From Terriglobia bacterium (GTDB taxonomy: Bacteria; Acidobacteriota; Terriglobia; 20CM-2-55-15), in the NCBI GenBank assembly GCA_965198225.1, contig CBDAOY010000009.1, positions 128,001 through 192,000 of the forward strand: a DNA stretch of 64,000 bases, written 5' to 3'. This document shows positions 10,239 through 20,626 of this stretch, in pieces. Under the pieces are notes generated by a model that saw only the letters and a program-made list of their open reading frames with translations, was not told the DNA's origin and ran no database searches. The first letter of the stretch is position 1. The number at the start of each line of letters is the position of its first letter. Position numbers and translations under genes: made by a program.

Positions 10239-10868
10239 TCAAGCGTCTGAAACCCTCAGATCCATCCCATTGTACTTCGACATCGTGGGCCGCGTCCCTT
10301 GGGTCAGGATAAACACTACGGAGTCCGCAGCCAGTTCCTCAGAACGTTCGAGCAGCGCACGATCGGAGGGAGCGACCTCCGACAGGACGTAATCTCTCGC
10401 CTCTTCGATCATCCGGCCCGAATCGATTCCGACCCGTACCCTCAGGTAGTCGCCCGAGCCAACGGCCGAACCTATCGATTTTAATCCATTATGGCCGCCC
10501 GCTGAACCTCTTTCGCGGATTCGGATTCTGCCAAGCGGCAACGCCAGATCGTCGCACACAACCAGAATCCTGGAGTCCGGGCCGAATCTGTCGAAGAGAA
10601 TCGGCAGTACCGCGCCACTACGGTTCATGTAAGTCCGCGGCTGAACGAGAACGATTTCGCTCCCGTATACGGCCCTACTCCCCAAGCGGGCAGGCTCGGG
10701 TTTCCCCCGGAGCGTGATTCCAAGACGCCGAGCCAACGAGTCGACGACTCGAAAGCCTACGTTATGGTAAGTGTTCTCGTAATCGGCGCCAGGATTGCCG
10801 AGCCCGATGATGAGCCAGCAACCGGCACCTTCGGATTGTCCTCCGTCTCGGGTTGGGACAACCGCCAC
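10239..10868 (-). CDS. pth: Peptidyl-tRNA hydrolase
   Basis: IIGLGNPG..Y..TYHNVGF, TYMNRSG, GSAGGHNGLKS. Confidence 0.96.
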   Translation of the reverse strand: MAVVPTRDGGQSEGAGCWLIIGLGNPGADYENTYHNVGFRVVDSLARRLGITLRGKPEPARLGSRAVYGSEIVLVQPRTYMNRSGAVLPILFDRFGPDSRILVVCDDLALPLGRIRIRERGSAGGHNGLKSIGSAVGSGDYLRVRVGIDSGRMIEEARDYVLSEVAPSDRALLERSEELAADSVVFILTQGTRPTMSKYNGMDLRVSDA

Positions 10869-10873
10869 AGGGG

Positions 10874-11548
10874 CTATTCGCCCCCTTCTTCCTCTTTCTT
10901 GCCCTTTGTGAGGACTTCCGGCTCGCCCTCGTCTGCACCTTCGACCGGAAGGACTTCGCCTTCCTCGGCCTCAGCGGCTTCTTCCTCTTCGGCCCGGAGG
11001 GCCACCACGTGGGCTACAACGCGATCGGCCTCGGCAAGAATCTCAACATTGTCCGGAAAGGGCAGGTCTCCGATACGGATGTTGTCGTGGAGGCGCAACT
11101 CGGAAACATCACATTCGATTCGTTCCGGGATGTCCCCGGGCAAACACTCCACGTCGACTTCGCGGAGAACCAGATCCAACAGTCCCTCGCCGGCCTTCAC
11201 CCCGATCGCTTCGCCACGAATCGCGATCGGAACCGTCACGCGTAAAACCTTGTCCATCGCGATTCTCTGAAAATCGGCGTGCAGGATCGTCTCCGTCACG
11301 GGGTCGACCTGCCAGTCCTTGAGGATCACGCTGCTCCCTCCGCCTTCGACCTCCAGGCTGAGGATAGTGTTCCGCCCTGCCTCGGATCGGAGCACTCCGT
11401 AGATCTCCTTCGGGTCGACCTTCACGGGAACGTTGTCCTCGGAACCGCCATATACGATCGCGGGTACCATTCCATCGCGACGAATCCGCTTGGAGGCGCT
11501 CTTGCCGAACTCGGCGCGGCTCTGCACGTTTAGTGTCATTTCTGCCAT
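10874..11548 (-). CDS. rplY: 50S ribosomal protein L25/Ctc
   Basis: GKSASKRIRRDGMVPAIVYG, ILHADF, Ctc beta domain. Confidence 0.96.
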   Translation of the reverse strand: MAEMTLNVQSRAEFGKSASKRIRRDGMVPAIVYGGSEDNVPVKVDPKEIYGVLRSEAGRNTILSLEVEGGGSSVILKDWQVDPVTETILHADFQRIAMDKVLRVTVPIAIRGEAIGVKAGEGLLDLVLREVDVECLPGDIPERIECDVSELRLHDNIRIGDLPFPDNVEILAEADRVVAHVVALRAEEEEAAEAEEGEVLPVEGADEGEPEVLTKGKKEEEGGE

Positions 11549-11716
11549 CGTAAAATCCTTATCTCCAACTTCTCAACCCGGCGCGCCCGGGGGGATCCAC
11601 CAGTGCTACCCAAGAATACCTGAATTCTTGGGTAGGCGATCAGCCATCAACTTTCAGCTATCAGCTCGACCCGTGCTCCGCCTGCGGGCAAATTCTCGAA
11701 CCTGAGGATCAAGCGC

Positions 11717-12655
11717 CTAAATAAACAGCACGCTGACCGACGTCTCGTCGTGTATCGACTGGATCGCCCGTGCCAGCAGGTTCGCAACGCTCAGCACCCG
11801 GATCTTCCCGCATTTCTGGATCCGGGGCAGAACCGGCAGGGTGTTGGTCACGACCAGCTCTTCGAGCTCCGAGCCCTCGATACGCTCGACGGCCGGACCA
11901 GACAGCACCCCGTGGGTGCAGCACGCATAGATCTTCCTGGCCCCGTTTTCCCTCAGCGCTTCAACCGTCTTGACGAGCGTGCCGGCCGTATCGACGATGT
12001 CGTCTACGACCAGCGCGTTTCGATCACGCACCTCACCGATTACATTCATGACCTCGGCCACGTTGGCTTCCCGGCGCCTCTTGTCCATTATCGCCAGCTC
12101 GCCGTGTAACCGCTTTGCAAACGCCCGGGCGCGCTCAACGCCGCCCGCGTCGGGCGACACTACCGTCAGGTCCTCGAGGTCCGCCTTCTGAAAGAAGTCG
12201 ACCAGGACCGGTGCCGCAAAGAGATGATCCACCGGGATGTCGAAGAAACCCTGGATCTGCGCGGCATGCAGGTCCATCGTGAGCAGCCTGTCCGCTCCCA
12301 GACCGATCGTGTCGGCCATGACCTTCGACGAGATTGGCACTCGCGGCTTGTCCTTGCGATCCTGTCGGGCATAGCCGAAATACGGAACGACAGCCGTGAT
12401 GCGCCGGGCTGACGAACGCTTGAACGCGTCCATCATCAGCAGAAGCTCCACCAGGTTCGAGTTGACCGGTGGACACGTCGGCTGAACGACGAACACGTCG
12501 GCGCCCCGCACGTTCTCCAGGATCTGAAAGTAGATCTCGCCGTCAGAAAACCGCGTGACGGAACATTCTCCGGACTTGCACCCTAGAGTCTCGCAGAGTT
12601 CTGCCACGAGTTCCGGGTTGGCCGTACCGGCGAAAACCTTGAGCTCGTTGGTCAT
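11717..12655 (-). CDS. prs: Ribose-phosphate pyrophosphokinase
   Basis: FSDGEI, YARQDRK, VSPDAGGVERA, VDDIVDTAGT. Confidence 0.98.
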   Translation of the reverse strand: MTNELKVFAGTANPELVAELCETLGCKSGECSVTRFSDGEIYFQILENVRGADVFVVQPTCPPVNSNLVELLLMMDAFKRSSARRITAVVPYFGYARQDRKDKPRVPISSKVMADTIGLGADRLLTMDLHAAQIQGFFDIPVDHLFAAPVLVDFFQKADLEDLTVVSPDAGGVERARAFAKRLHGELAIMDKRRREANVAEVMNVIGEVRDRNALVVDDIVDTAGTLVKTVEALRENGARKIYACCTHGVLSGPAVERIEGSELEELVVTNTLPVLPRIQKCGKIRVLSVANLLARAIQSIHDETSVSVLFI

Positions 12656-12662
12656 CTGATAG

Positions 12663-12734
12663 CTGGGGCGGGAGGATTCGAACCTCCGTATGCAGGTGCC
12701 AAAGACCTGTGCCTTACCGCTTGGCGACGCCCCA
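12663..12734 (-). tRNA. tRNA-Gln (TTG)
   Basis: TGGGGCGTCGCCAAGCGGTAAGGCACAGGTCTTTGGCACCTG...GGTTCGAATCC; usual position between ispE and prs. Confidence 0.95.
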
Positions 12735-12740
12735 TGGAGA

Positions 12741-12772
12741 AGTAGTCGGTAGTCAGTTGCCAGTAGTCAGTT
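12741..12772. repeat. Heptamer tandem repeat (AGTAGTC-like)
   Basis: agtagtc ggtagtc agttgcc agtagtc agtt. Confidence 0.7.
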
Positions 12773-12808
12773 AAAAGACGCTTGCTGATAATGATTAACT
12801 CAACCGCA

Positions 12809-13699
12809 TCAGTGTGCCCGGTTCGGGCTCTCTTCGAACATCCGGCTGAAATACTCGGACCGGCGGAGTGGTCTTGCCAGTTTCACCTCGAACTCTCGGC
12901 CCAGCTCCGCCGCCGCCTGATCTGCTTCGGCCTGGTTGCGGAAACGCCCGAATATCGTCGCGCCGCTGCCCGTCACCGCGGCGTGATAGGCACCGGCCGC
13001 CGACACCTTTCGTTTGATTTCATCCAGTTCGGGGAATCGGCGAAAGAGCGACGTCTCGAAATCGTTATGCAGGAAACCGCCAAACGGCTCAACCGACCCC
13101 TGTGGCGGCACAAATCGGGCACAGAAACAGAAAATGTTATTGGATTCCCCAGATAGCGTCAACCAAGAATACGCCCGCCGTGTCGGTATAGACAGTCCTG
13201 GATTCACAAGGAGTAGCCAGTAGTCCGCGTCGTCAGGCAGCGGAAACAGCCGCTCGCCACGCCCGATTCCCAGGGCGCGACCACCCACGGCGAAGAACGG
13301 CACGTCCGAGCCCAGTCCGGCCAGCAGTCGATGCAAACGCTCGCCAGGAAGCTGGACTCCATACCAGCGGCACAGGCCCATCAAAGTTGCCGCAGCGTTG
13401 GCGCTACCCCCTCCGAGTCCGCCGCCCGACGGTATGCGCTTGTCCAGCTCGAGCCGCAGCGAAACCGCAATCGAGGTTTCCGCCTCGAACGCCCGAACCG
13501 CCCGGACGACGAGATTGTCCTCATTCCGGGGCCCCTCGCTGGCCGTGAAGCTGAAGCTCTCCGAGGGAGAGACATGGATCTCGTCATGCAGGTCGATCGC
13601 CTGCAGGACCGTCCGGATCTCGTGGTAGTCGTCTGCTCGTTCGCCGACGATCCGAAGGTCCAGGTTTACTTTGGCGAACGCGCGCCACACTATCGACAT
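12809..13699 (-). CDS. ispE: 4-diphosphocytidyl-2-C-methyl-D-erythritol kinase
   Basis: AFAKVNLDL, KRIPSGGGLGGGSANAA GHMP motif, LGSDVPFF, TGSGAT. Confidence 0.95.
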   Translation of the reverse strand: MSIVWRAFAKVNLDLRIVGERADDYHEIRTVLQAIDLHDEIHVSPSESFSFTASEGPRNEDNLVVRAVRAFEAETSIAVSLRLELDKRIPSGGGLGGGSANAAATLMGLCRWYGVQLPGERLHRLLAGLGSDVPFFAVGGRALGIGRGERLFPLPDDADYWLLLVNPGLSIPTRRAYSWLTLSGESNNIFCFCARFVPPQGSVEPFGGFLHNDFETSLFRRFPELDEIKRKVSAAGAYHAAVTGSGATIFGRFRNQAEADQAAAELGREFEVKLARPLRRSEYFSRMFEESPNRAH

Positions 13700-13830
13700 C
13701 GATTGTTTTCCAGAACAGAATCTATCACCGGTCGAGGCGAGAATCCTCAGCCGTAAACCGCCCGAGCGAAAAGATCCACCTGGTCCGGCTCCGTACCGGT
13801 AATTTGTTATTATCGTTCGGCTTGAAGACG

Positions 13831-15348
13831 ATGGAACACCGAATTCTGCTCGCGTTTTCATTTCTGTACCTGACCGTGTCCAACATGATCTGGATCGCGC
13901 GGGACACCCGGCCCCCGTTCTGGGACATGGCTTACCACCAGTCGGGAGCGCTGAGGATCTTCAGCGCCTTCCGGGAAGAAGGTTGGCGGGCGCTTCTGGC
14001 GGTGCCTGAGCTGTCGGGTCTCCATCCTCCCCTCTTTCATTCCGTCGTCGCCGCATTCTATTCCGTCTTCGGTGTGTCATACGACTCCGCCCAAATTGCC
14101 AACCTCCCGGCGACGGCAATCCTGATCGCTGCGACCTACGGAATCGGGAGACGCGTTCTCACGCCCTTCGGGGCCGCCACGGCTGCAGCGATCACCGGCT
14201 TCTGTCCCATGTTGTTGTGGTTGTCCCGAGAATCGGCGATCGACTATTGGCTGGCCGCGATGGTGTCGCTGGCGATCTGGGCTCTAATGGAAAGCGACGG
14301 CCTCAAGAAACCGGGAACGAGTATCCTGTTCGGCGTAATCTGTGGCCTGGGGATGCTGACGAAGGCTACATTTGCGCTGTTTGTCGTGCTGCCGACCCTC
14401 TGGTTCGCCCGTGCCCGCCCGAAGCAGGCCGCCCTCGCTGGAGGGGTCGCCCTCGTGATCGCTTCCTACTGGTACGTGCCGCGAATCGGGGCCCTGCCGG
14501 AGCTCCTCCGGATCAACACCGCGGGTGCCGTCTCCGAGGGCGACCCGGCCCTTCTAAGTTGGCAGGCACTCGTCTTTTATGTGCGGGCTCTCGAGGGGTA
14601 CCAGCTCTTCCTTCCGCTGTTTGTTCTGTTCCTCACGGGTGCTTTTTGGCTGAGCCGCAATTTCAAGCCGGAATGGTGGCCGATTCTCCTGTGGATCGGC
14701 GGCGGCTGGGCGGGGCTGATGCTGTTGGTGAACAAGGACCCACGCTACAGCGTGCCGTTGTTGCCGGCTGTCGCGTTGATCAGCGCCCGCGCCGTAGGGT
14801 CGCGGAAGGCCGTGCTCGGTTTGCTCATGCCCTTCCTGCTGTTCCAGCACTACCTGGTGTCGTTCGGCATTCGCGCACTGCCCGAAACTTTCGTGGTCGC
14901 CCGTGGCGTGGAGGGTCCGCTGTCCTGGGACTGGAACCTGTACACACAACGCCACTTCGGCTTGTGGGGTCCACCCGCCCGTGAGGACTGGAAGATCGAG
15001 TACGTGCTGGGCCGCGTCCGCCCCGCCGCGGGATCAGATCGCGCCGGATTGGGGATCATTCCCGACATTCCGCGGTTCGACTACGAGGCATTCGCATTCT
15101 ATGCGGCGGCCCGCAAAGATCCCGTGATCGTGCGACGCCTCGCCCGGTTTGACGCGGGCTCGATCGGCGGTAACGACTACCTGCTGATGTCGGAGTCGCC
15201 GAGGCAGACGCCGGGCAGGGCTCAACCCGACATCGCTCGTATCAACCAGTATGTCGTCGATCGCCCCGAGCAATTCGAGGTGATGGAGTGGTTTCCGTTG
15301 CCCAACGGTGAGGTGATCCGTCTCTACCGCGTTCGAAAGCCTTCATGA
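13831..15348 (+). CDS. ArnT/PMT-like GT-C membrane glycosyltransferase
   Basis: WD...H motif after first TM, HPPLF, GLGMLTK, about 11 hydrophobic segments, DPRY. Confidence 0.8.
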   Translation: MEHRILLAFSFLYLTVSNMIWIARDTRPPFWDMAYHQSGALRIFSAFREEGWRALLAVPELSGLHPPLFHSVVAAFYSVFGVSYDSAQIANLPATAILIAATYGIGRRVLTPFGAATAAAITGFCPMLLWLSRESAIDYWLAAMVSLAIWALMESDGLKKPGTSILFGVICGLGMLTKATFALFVVLPTLWFARARPKQAALAGGVALVIASYWYVPRIGALPELLRINTAGAVSEGDPALLSWQALVFYVRALEGYQLFLPLFVLFLTGAFWLSRNFKPEWWPILLWIGGGWAGLMLLVNKDPRYSVPLLPAVALISARAVGSRKAVLGLLMPFLLFQHYLVSFGIRALPETFVVARGVEGPLSWDWNLYTQRHFGLWGPPAREDWKIEYVLGRVRPAAGSDRAGLGIIPDIPRFDYEAFAFYAAARKDPVIVRRLARFDAGSIGGNDYLLMSESPRQTPGRAQPDIARINQYVVDRPEQFEVMEWFPLPNGEVIRLYRVRKPS

Positions 15349-17198
15349 GCGTATTCGACTCCAGTTCGACAGCTTCCTGGTGGCCTGCCTGCCTGCTTTT
15401 GGTGCTGGTCGTCCTGTGCGTCGTCATGCCGTTCGCCGACCGTGCCATATACATGGACGAGCATATCTTTCTGCAACTCGCTCGGTCCGCCCAGGACAAC
15501 TGGATGTTCCCATCCGACACGCCTTCCGTCTTCTTCGGCACCCCGACTGATGACTTTGCCGCACACACCCATCCCCCCGTGGGTGAGTACTACCTCGCCA
15601 TCGTCGACCTGCTGTTGGGAGGAGCCGGGGAAATCCCGTTGCGCGTGTCGTTTTCCATCTTCTCGATGATGGCGGCGATCGGTTTCTATGCGCTCGCGCG
15701 CCGCTTCACCGAATCCCCGATTGGGGTCACCCTGCTGCTGGTTGTCAGCCCGGCGTTCTTCGTGATGAGCCACACGATCATGATGGACATGCCGATGCTC
15801 GCTTTCCTGCTGGTTGGTGTGGCCCTCTATCTCCACCATCTGGACGGACGGCCCAATCGGCTCTGGATAGCGGCATTGTGTTTCATCCTGGCAGTGGGAA
15901 CGGGATACACGGCGCTGGTGCCCGTTGGTTGCGTCTTTGTGTGGGCCGTGTACCGGAAGCGGCCCATCAGAGAGCTCGCCGCGATCGCGGCAGCGCCGGC
16001 CGTTCTCTTCGTCTGGTTGATGGCTATGACCGCCCACTTCGGTCGTTTCCCGCTATTGGATACGGTTGGTTTCTTCTTCGATCAGCCCCGCTCGACCTTT
16101 CAGAACTTGCTGGCCACATTCAGCTTCCTCGGTGGCGTCGGGCTGTTTCCGTGGACGTTCCTGTATCTGATCCGGACTCGCGACAAACAGATCTACCGGG
16201 TCAGTCTAGCTGCGGTCGGAATCGCCATTCTGGCCACGTTGCCTCTGGAGTGGAGCTCCCTTACTCAGAGACTCCTGTTCATCGGCCTGACTTCGTCAGG
16301 GATCGCGATGACGGCGACCGCCCTGACATGGCTGAGAACATCGAGCGGTCTGGCACCGATTCTGCTGTGGGTGCCGACAGTACTGACCCTTTTCATCGTC
16401 GTCGGCGACACGATTCAGGCGCGTTACCTTCTGCCGGCCCTTCCGGCTCTCTACCTGGCTCTGTTCCGCAACACGCCGGGCCGACGACTGACGCCCGTCC
16501 TCATCCCTACGCTCATGCTGTCCGTCGGGGTCGCAGTGGCGGACTATCGTTTCGTCAACTCCTACAGGAGTTGGGTCGAAGACACGCTGTTACCGGTACA
16601 GGAACAGGGGTTTCGCGTCTGGGGCGCCTCCGAATCCGGTTTGCGGTTCTACCTGGAACAGAACGGCGTGGAGACGCTGGACAACCGCGACCTGAGTCCC
16701 GAGGGGGGTGACCTTGTCGTCCGCCAGGCTGGACTTTTTCGCTACGGCCTGTCCCCGGAGCTCGAACGCTATCTCATTCCCCTCCAGGGCTGGAACCTGG
16801 AGGACGCGTTTCCCCTGCGGACTTTCAACGAGGAAGCGGGCGCCGGTTTTCACGGCAGCCGTTTCGGGCTCGTGCCTTACAGCTTCTCTACCGCGCCGCA
16901 CGACCGGATCGACTTGGTTCAGTTGAGCCCCCTCCTCCGAAGCGCGCCAGCAGGGCCGGATTACCCAGAAGTTCTCGTCCAGGGCGACGACCGCGGGGTG
17001 TTTCTGGAGCAAACCGAGCCGGTATTGACCTTCAGCGTGCGGATACCCGAGGGAGCGGAGGTTATCTACGATCGGGCAGGCGAGGGGCAGCTCGACGTCG
17101 GCACCCGATCCCTGCGGTTCACCAGGCAGGGCGACGGCGAGACTGTTTGGTGGAACGTTCGGGTCATGCCCTCAAGGCTCCCGGGTTCCGGTTTTTGA
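15345..17198 (+). CDS. Second ArnT/PMT-like GT-C membrane glycosyltransferase
   Basis: DE motif after first TM, HPP, many TM helices, ARYLLPA, periplasmic C-terminus; ATGA overlap with the previous gene. Confidence 0.75.
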   Translation: MSVFDSSSTASWWPACLLLVLVVLCVVMPFADRAIYMDEHIFLQLARSAQDNWMFPSDTPSVFFGTPTDDFAAHTHPPVGEYYLAIVDLLLGGAGEIPLRVSFSIFSMMAAIGFYALARRFTESPIGVTLLLVVSPAFFVMSHTIMMDMPMLAFLLVGVALYLHHLDGRPNRLWIAALCFILAVGTGYTALVPVGCVFVWAVYRKRPIRELAAIAAAPAVLFVWLMAMTAHFGRFPLLDTVGFFFDQPRSTFQNLLATFSFLGGVGLFPWTFLYLIRTRDKQIYRVSLAAVGIAILATLPLEWSSLTQRLLFIGLTSSGIAMTATALTWLRTSSGLAPILLWVPTVLTLFIVVGDTIQARYLLPALPALYLALFRNTPGRRLTPVLIPTLMLSVGVAVADYRFVNSYRSWVEDTLLPVQEQGFRVWGASESGLRFYLEQNGVETLDNRDLSPEGGDLVVRQAGLFRYGLSPELERYLIPLQGWNLEDAFPLRTFNEEAGAGFHGSRFGLVPYSFSTAPHDRIDLVQLSPLLRSAPAGPDYPEVLVQGDDRGVFLEQTEPVLTFSVRIPEGAEVIYDRAGEGQLDVGTRSLRFTRQGDGETVWWNVRVMPSRLPGSGF

Positions 17199-17241
17199 AC
17201 AGCACTGATACGATGGTTTCCGGGCAACTGCCTGAGCAGCA

Positions 17242-20200
17242 ATGAACGAGGAGCTCCACTCGCATCCTGCGGCCGACGAGGGGCGGCGCCACATGGCTTC
17301 GATGTCCTCCGTCGGTCTCCACACGTTTTTTGCGTCTGGATCCAGACTGAAGGTCCCGTCTTCGAAGAAACCCGATCTTTCGGTCGTCGTCGTTCTCTTC
17401 AACCGGGCCGAGTTGACGCTCGCCTGCCTGCGCTCGCTGTCGGAAGACTACAAACAACAGCTCGAAATCATCATCGTCGACAACGCTTCGACGGATGAAA
17501 CCTCGAGGCTGCTGGACCGCCTCGAAGGCGCCAAGATCATCCGAAACGCCGGCAACGAGAACTTCCTGTTCGCGGCCAACCAGGCTGCGGCAAAGGCTCG
17601 TGGCCGGTATCTGCTGTTCCTCAACAACGACACAGAAGTGTTCCCCGGCACGATCACCTCCGCGCTTCACACGATCGAGGGAAGCAGCGACATCGGAGCC
17701 GTCGGGGGAAAACTGATACTGCCCGACGGAACGCTGCAGGAAGCCGGGGGGATCCTTTGGAGAGATGGATCCTCCCTCGGGTACGGGCGTGGGGATGACC
17801 CTTTCGCCCCACAATACATGTTTCGGAGGGACATCGACTACTGCTCGGGCGCGTTCCTGCTGACGCGACGGAAGCTATTCGAAGAGATGGGCGGTTTTGA
17901 CGAAGCCTTCCGTCCGGCCTACTACGAAGACACAGACTACTGCTTGCGGCTCTGGGAAGGAGGACACCGCGTGGTCTACGATCCCGACGCGATCGTCCTC
18001 CACCATGAATTCGCGAGCGCGCCTTCGGCGAAGGACGCGATCGATCTTCAGGCGGCGCACCGCCAGGTGTTTGTCGGAAAGCATGCGGAGCGACTCGAGG
18101 GTCATCTCACACGCTCGAACGCGGGCATTATCAAAGCCCGCACCTGCCATCGCGACCAGCCGAGGGTTCTCTACATCGACGACAGGGTGCCGCACCCGGC
18201 TCTCGGTTCCGGCTACCCCAGGTCACACACGATCCTCGAGAGGCTCAGTGCCAGGGGATACTTCATCACGCTCTATCCCCTCGCGGTGCTGGACGAGGAG
18301 TGGAACAGCGTGTACGCCGACATACCCAGGGACATGGAAGTCGTGTCGGGGGCTGGAGCGGCCGGCCTGGAGGCGTTCCTGGAGGAACGTCGGGGTTACT
18401 ACGAAACCGTCGTGGTCAGTCGGCCGCACAACATGCGTGTCATGAATCTCGTCATCCGCGCGCATCCCGACTGGTTCCGCAGAACGGTTGTCCTTTACGA
18501 CGCCGAAGCGCTATCGACGGAGAGAGAAGTTCAGAGACGGCAACTCCGCGGCGAAAAGGTCTCCGAAGCCGAACATCGGACGATGCTGGAGAATGAGCTC
18601 GAGCTGGCCTCGTTCGCCGACTCTGTGATCTCGGTTTCCGAAGCCGAACGGACCGCCTTTCTCGGTCACGGTGTAGAACGAGTATTCGAGCTGGGCCACG
18701 TCCTTTCCGGCTCGCCGTCACCGCCTGGCTTTGATGATCGGTCGGGTCTTCTCTTCGTCGGGGCGATGTATGGCGACTTGACCTCCAATGCCGATGCTGT
18801 GGCATGGTTCGTGGAGGATATCTTCCCCCGGATACGCGAGGCTCTCGGTACCGACGTGGTCTTGTCTGTGGCGGGTCACAACGAATCGGAGAAAATCCGC
18901 CGCCTGGCTTCCGAGCATGTTCGGATTCTGGGCGCGGTCGAGGATCTATCCGACCTCTACGAACAGAATCGCGTCTTCATTGCATCCGCGCGCTTCGCCG
19001 CCGGAATCCCGCACAAGATACACGAGGCCGCGGCCCGAGGAATCCCGGTCGTGGCAACCTCGATACTGGCCGAGCAACTCGCCTGGAAGGCGGGCGAACA
19101 CCTGGCCGTCGCCGACGATGCAGAGGCCTTTGCTTCCTGCTGCGCCGAGCTGTACCAGAACTCCGACAAGTGGTCCGCCATCCGGGCAGCGGCCCTGGAG
19201 CGCATCCAGGCGGATTGCTCGGCTCAGGCCTTTGAAGCACGGCTCGACGAGATTCTCGCTTCGAAAGAAAAGCGACAACTCGTCGCGGAACCGATGCTGG
19301 AGTGGACCGGGGAACGGTTCCTGCCATGGATTGATGAGCCCACTATCGCCTACGAGCACCTGCACCGGTACGCACACGCAGCCCAGTTTGTCGCCGGCAA
19401 GCGGGTGCTGGACCTGGGAAGCGGGGAAGGGTATGGATCGAACACGCTCGCCGCCACCGCGTCCTCGGTCGTTGGCGTCGACCTGGACGAGGCCGCGATC
19501 CGGCATGCGAACACCAAGTACGGTGCCCTGAACCTGAGTTTTATGCTCGGCTCGATCACCGACGTACCGATCCCTGAAGAACACACGTTCGACGTCATCG
19601 TCTGCTTCGAAGCCATAGAATATGTCGAGGATCACGAAGCACTTCTGACGGGAATCGAGAAGCTACTCGCCGATGATGGCCTACTGATCATCTCGACGCC
19701 CAACTCCGAGGCGTACCCTGCGAACACTGGAGAAGGAAACCCTTTCCACGAAAAGGAACTCTCCCTGGGGGAGTTCCGAGAGCTCTTGGACCGCCGCTTC
19801 ACCCACACTCATTACCTCGGTCAACGGGCATTGCCTGCTTCAAGCAGCTGGCCGGTAGCAGGACAAAGTGCCCAGCCTCCATCGGAATTCTTTGTCGAAC
19901 GCAACTCGTCCGGGTTCGCGCTAACCGAACTGGATACCAGAAGGCCCGTGTACTTGCTGGCTATCGCCTCCAACGTCGGGCCGGAAGCCGGCGTCCAGGA
20001 AAGCGTTCTGATCGACAGCTCGGACGCCCTGGCCGCACACACGACGAAAAGGCTGCAGGAGTTGCGGGACCGGATCGACGACATCAACGCAGAAAGCGAA
20101 GGGGCTCTGGCTGAACGAGACCAACGAGTCGATAAACTCGACGAAGAGTTGCGCTCCGCGACCGAGACACTCCAACTGCGGCAAGAGGACCTCGTCGTCG

Positions 20201-20478
20201 CCCTCGACCGGATCGGGCAGCACGAGCGGGCTCTTGCCGCTCAGGAAGATCGGTTCCAGAGGGTCGAAACCGAGATTCGTGCCGCCGTGGAAGACAACAA
20301 ACTGCAGAATGCCTACTTGAGGGAAGAGCGGGACGCGCTGAACGGCGAGTTGTTCGTAATCAAGAGCAGTCGTGGCTGGAGGATGGTCCAGAAGTGGCGG
20401 GCGCTGGTGGAGACGCTTTTCCCGCCCGATTCCCACCGTAGGAACTTCCTCGAATACTGGCGGAAACACGTACGGTAG
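17242..20478 (+). CDS. Multidomain GT2 + GT4-like + SAM methyltransferase + coiled-coil polysaccharide synthesis protein
   Basis: IVDNASTD/FLNND/YYEDTD (GT2); GIPHKIHEAAARGIPVVAT (GT-B); WTGERF..EHLHRY..VLDLGSGEGYG (MTase); heptad region ending in SRGWR. Confidence 0.85.
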   Translation: MNEELHSHPAADEGRRHMASMSSVGLHTFFASGSRLKVPSSKKPDLSVVVVLFNRAELTLACLRSLSEDYKQQLEIIIVDNASTDETSRLLDRLEGAKIIRNAGNENFLFAANQAAAKARGRYLLFLNNDTEVFPGTITSALHTIEGSSDIGAVGGKLILPDGTLQEAGGILWRDGSSLGYGRGDDPFAPQYMFRRDIDYCSGAFLLTRRKLFEEMGGFDEAFRPAYYEDTDYCLRLWEGGHRVVYDPDAIVLHHEFASAPSAKDAIDLQAAHRQVFVGKHAERLEGHLTRSNAGIIKARTCHRDQPRVLYIDDRVPHPALGSGYPRSHTILERLSARGYFITLYPLAVLDEEWNSVYADIPRDMEVVSGAGAAGLEAFLEERRGYYETVVVSRPHNMRVMNLVIRAHPDWFRRTVVLYDAEALSTEREVQRRQLRGEKVSEAEHRTMLENELELASFADSVISVSEAERTAFLGHGVERVFELGHVLSGSPSPPGFDDRSGLLFVGAMYGDLTSNADAVAWFVEDIFPRIREALGTDVVLSVAGHNESEKIRRLASEHVRILGAVEDLSDLYEQNRVFIASARFAAGIPHKIHEAAARGIPVVATSILAEQLAWKAGEHLAVADDAEAFASCCAELYQNSDKWSAIRAAALERIQADCSAQAFEARLDEILASKEKRQLVAEPMLEWTGERFLPWIDEPTIAYEHLHRYAHAAQFVAGKRVLDLGSGEGYGSNTLAATASSVVGVDLDEAAIRHANTKYGALNLSFMLGSITDVPIPEEHTFDVIVCFEAIEYVEDHEALLTGIEKLLADDGLLIISTPNSEAYPANTGEGNPFHEKELSLGEFRELLDRRFTHTHYLGQRALPASSSWPVAGQSAQPPSEFFVERNSSGFALTELDTRRPVYLLAIASNVGPEAGVQESVLIDSSDALAAHTTKRLQELRDRIDDINAESEGALAERDQRVDKLDEELRSATETLQLRQEDLVVALDRIGQHERALAAQEDRFQRVETEIRAAVEDNKLQNAYLREERDALNGELFVIKSSRGWRMVQKWRALVETLFPPDSHRRNFLEYWRKHVR

Positions 20479-20626
20479 CGCGGGCCATTGGAGATTGGAA
20501 ATTGCTTTGGCTGTCACTGATCGAAACTTCGAGCGTTTTCCGTCGAATGGACGAGAGCGCTGATGATCCGTCACTCTCTGGAGGCTGGTTCTCGAAGATC
20601 CAAAATTAAGCAATCTGCAATAGGGA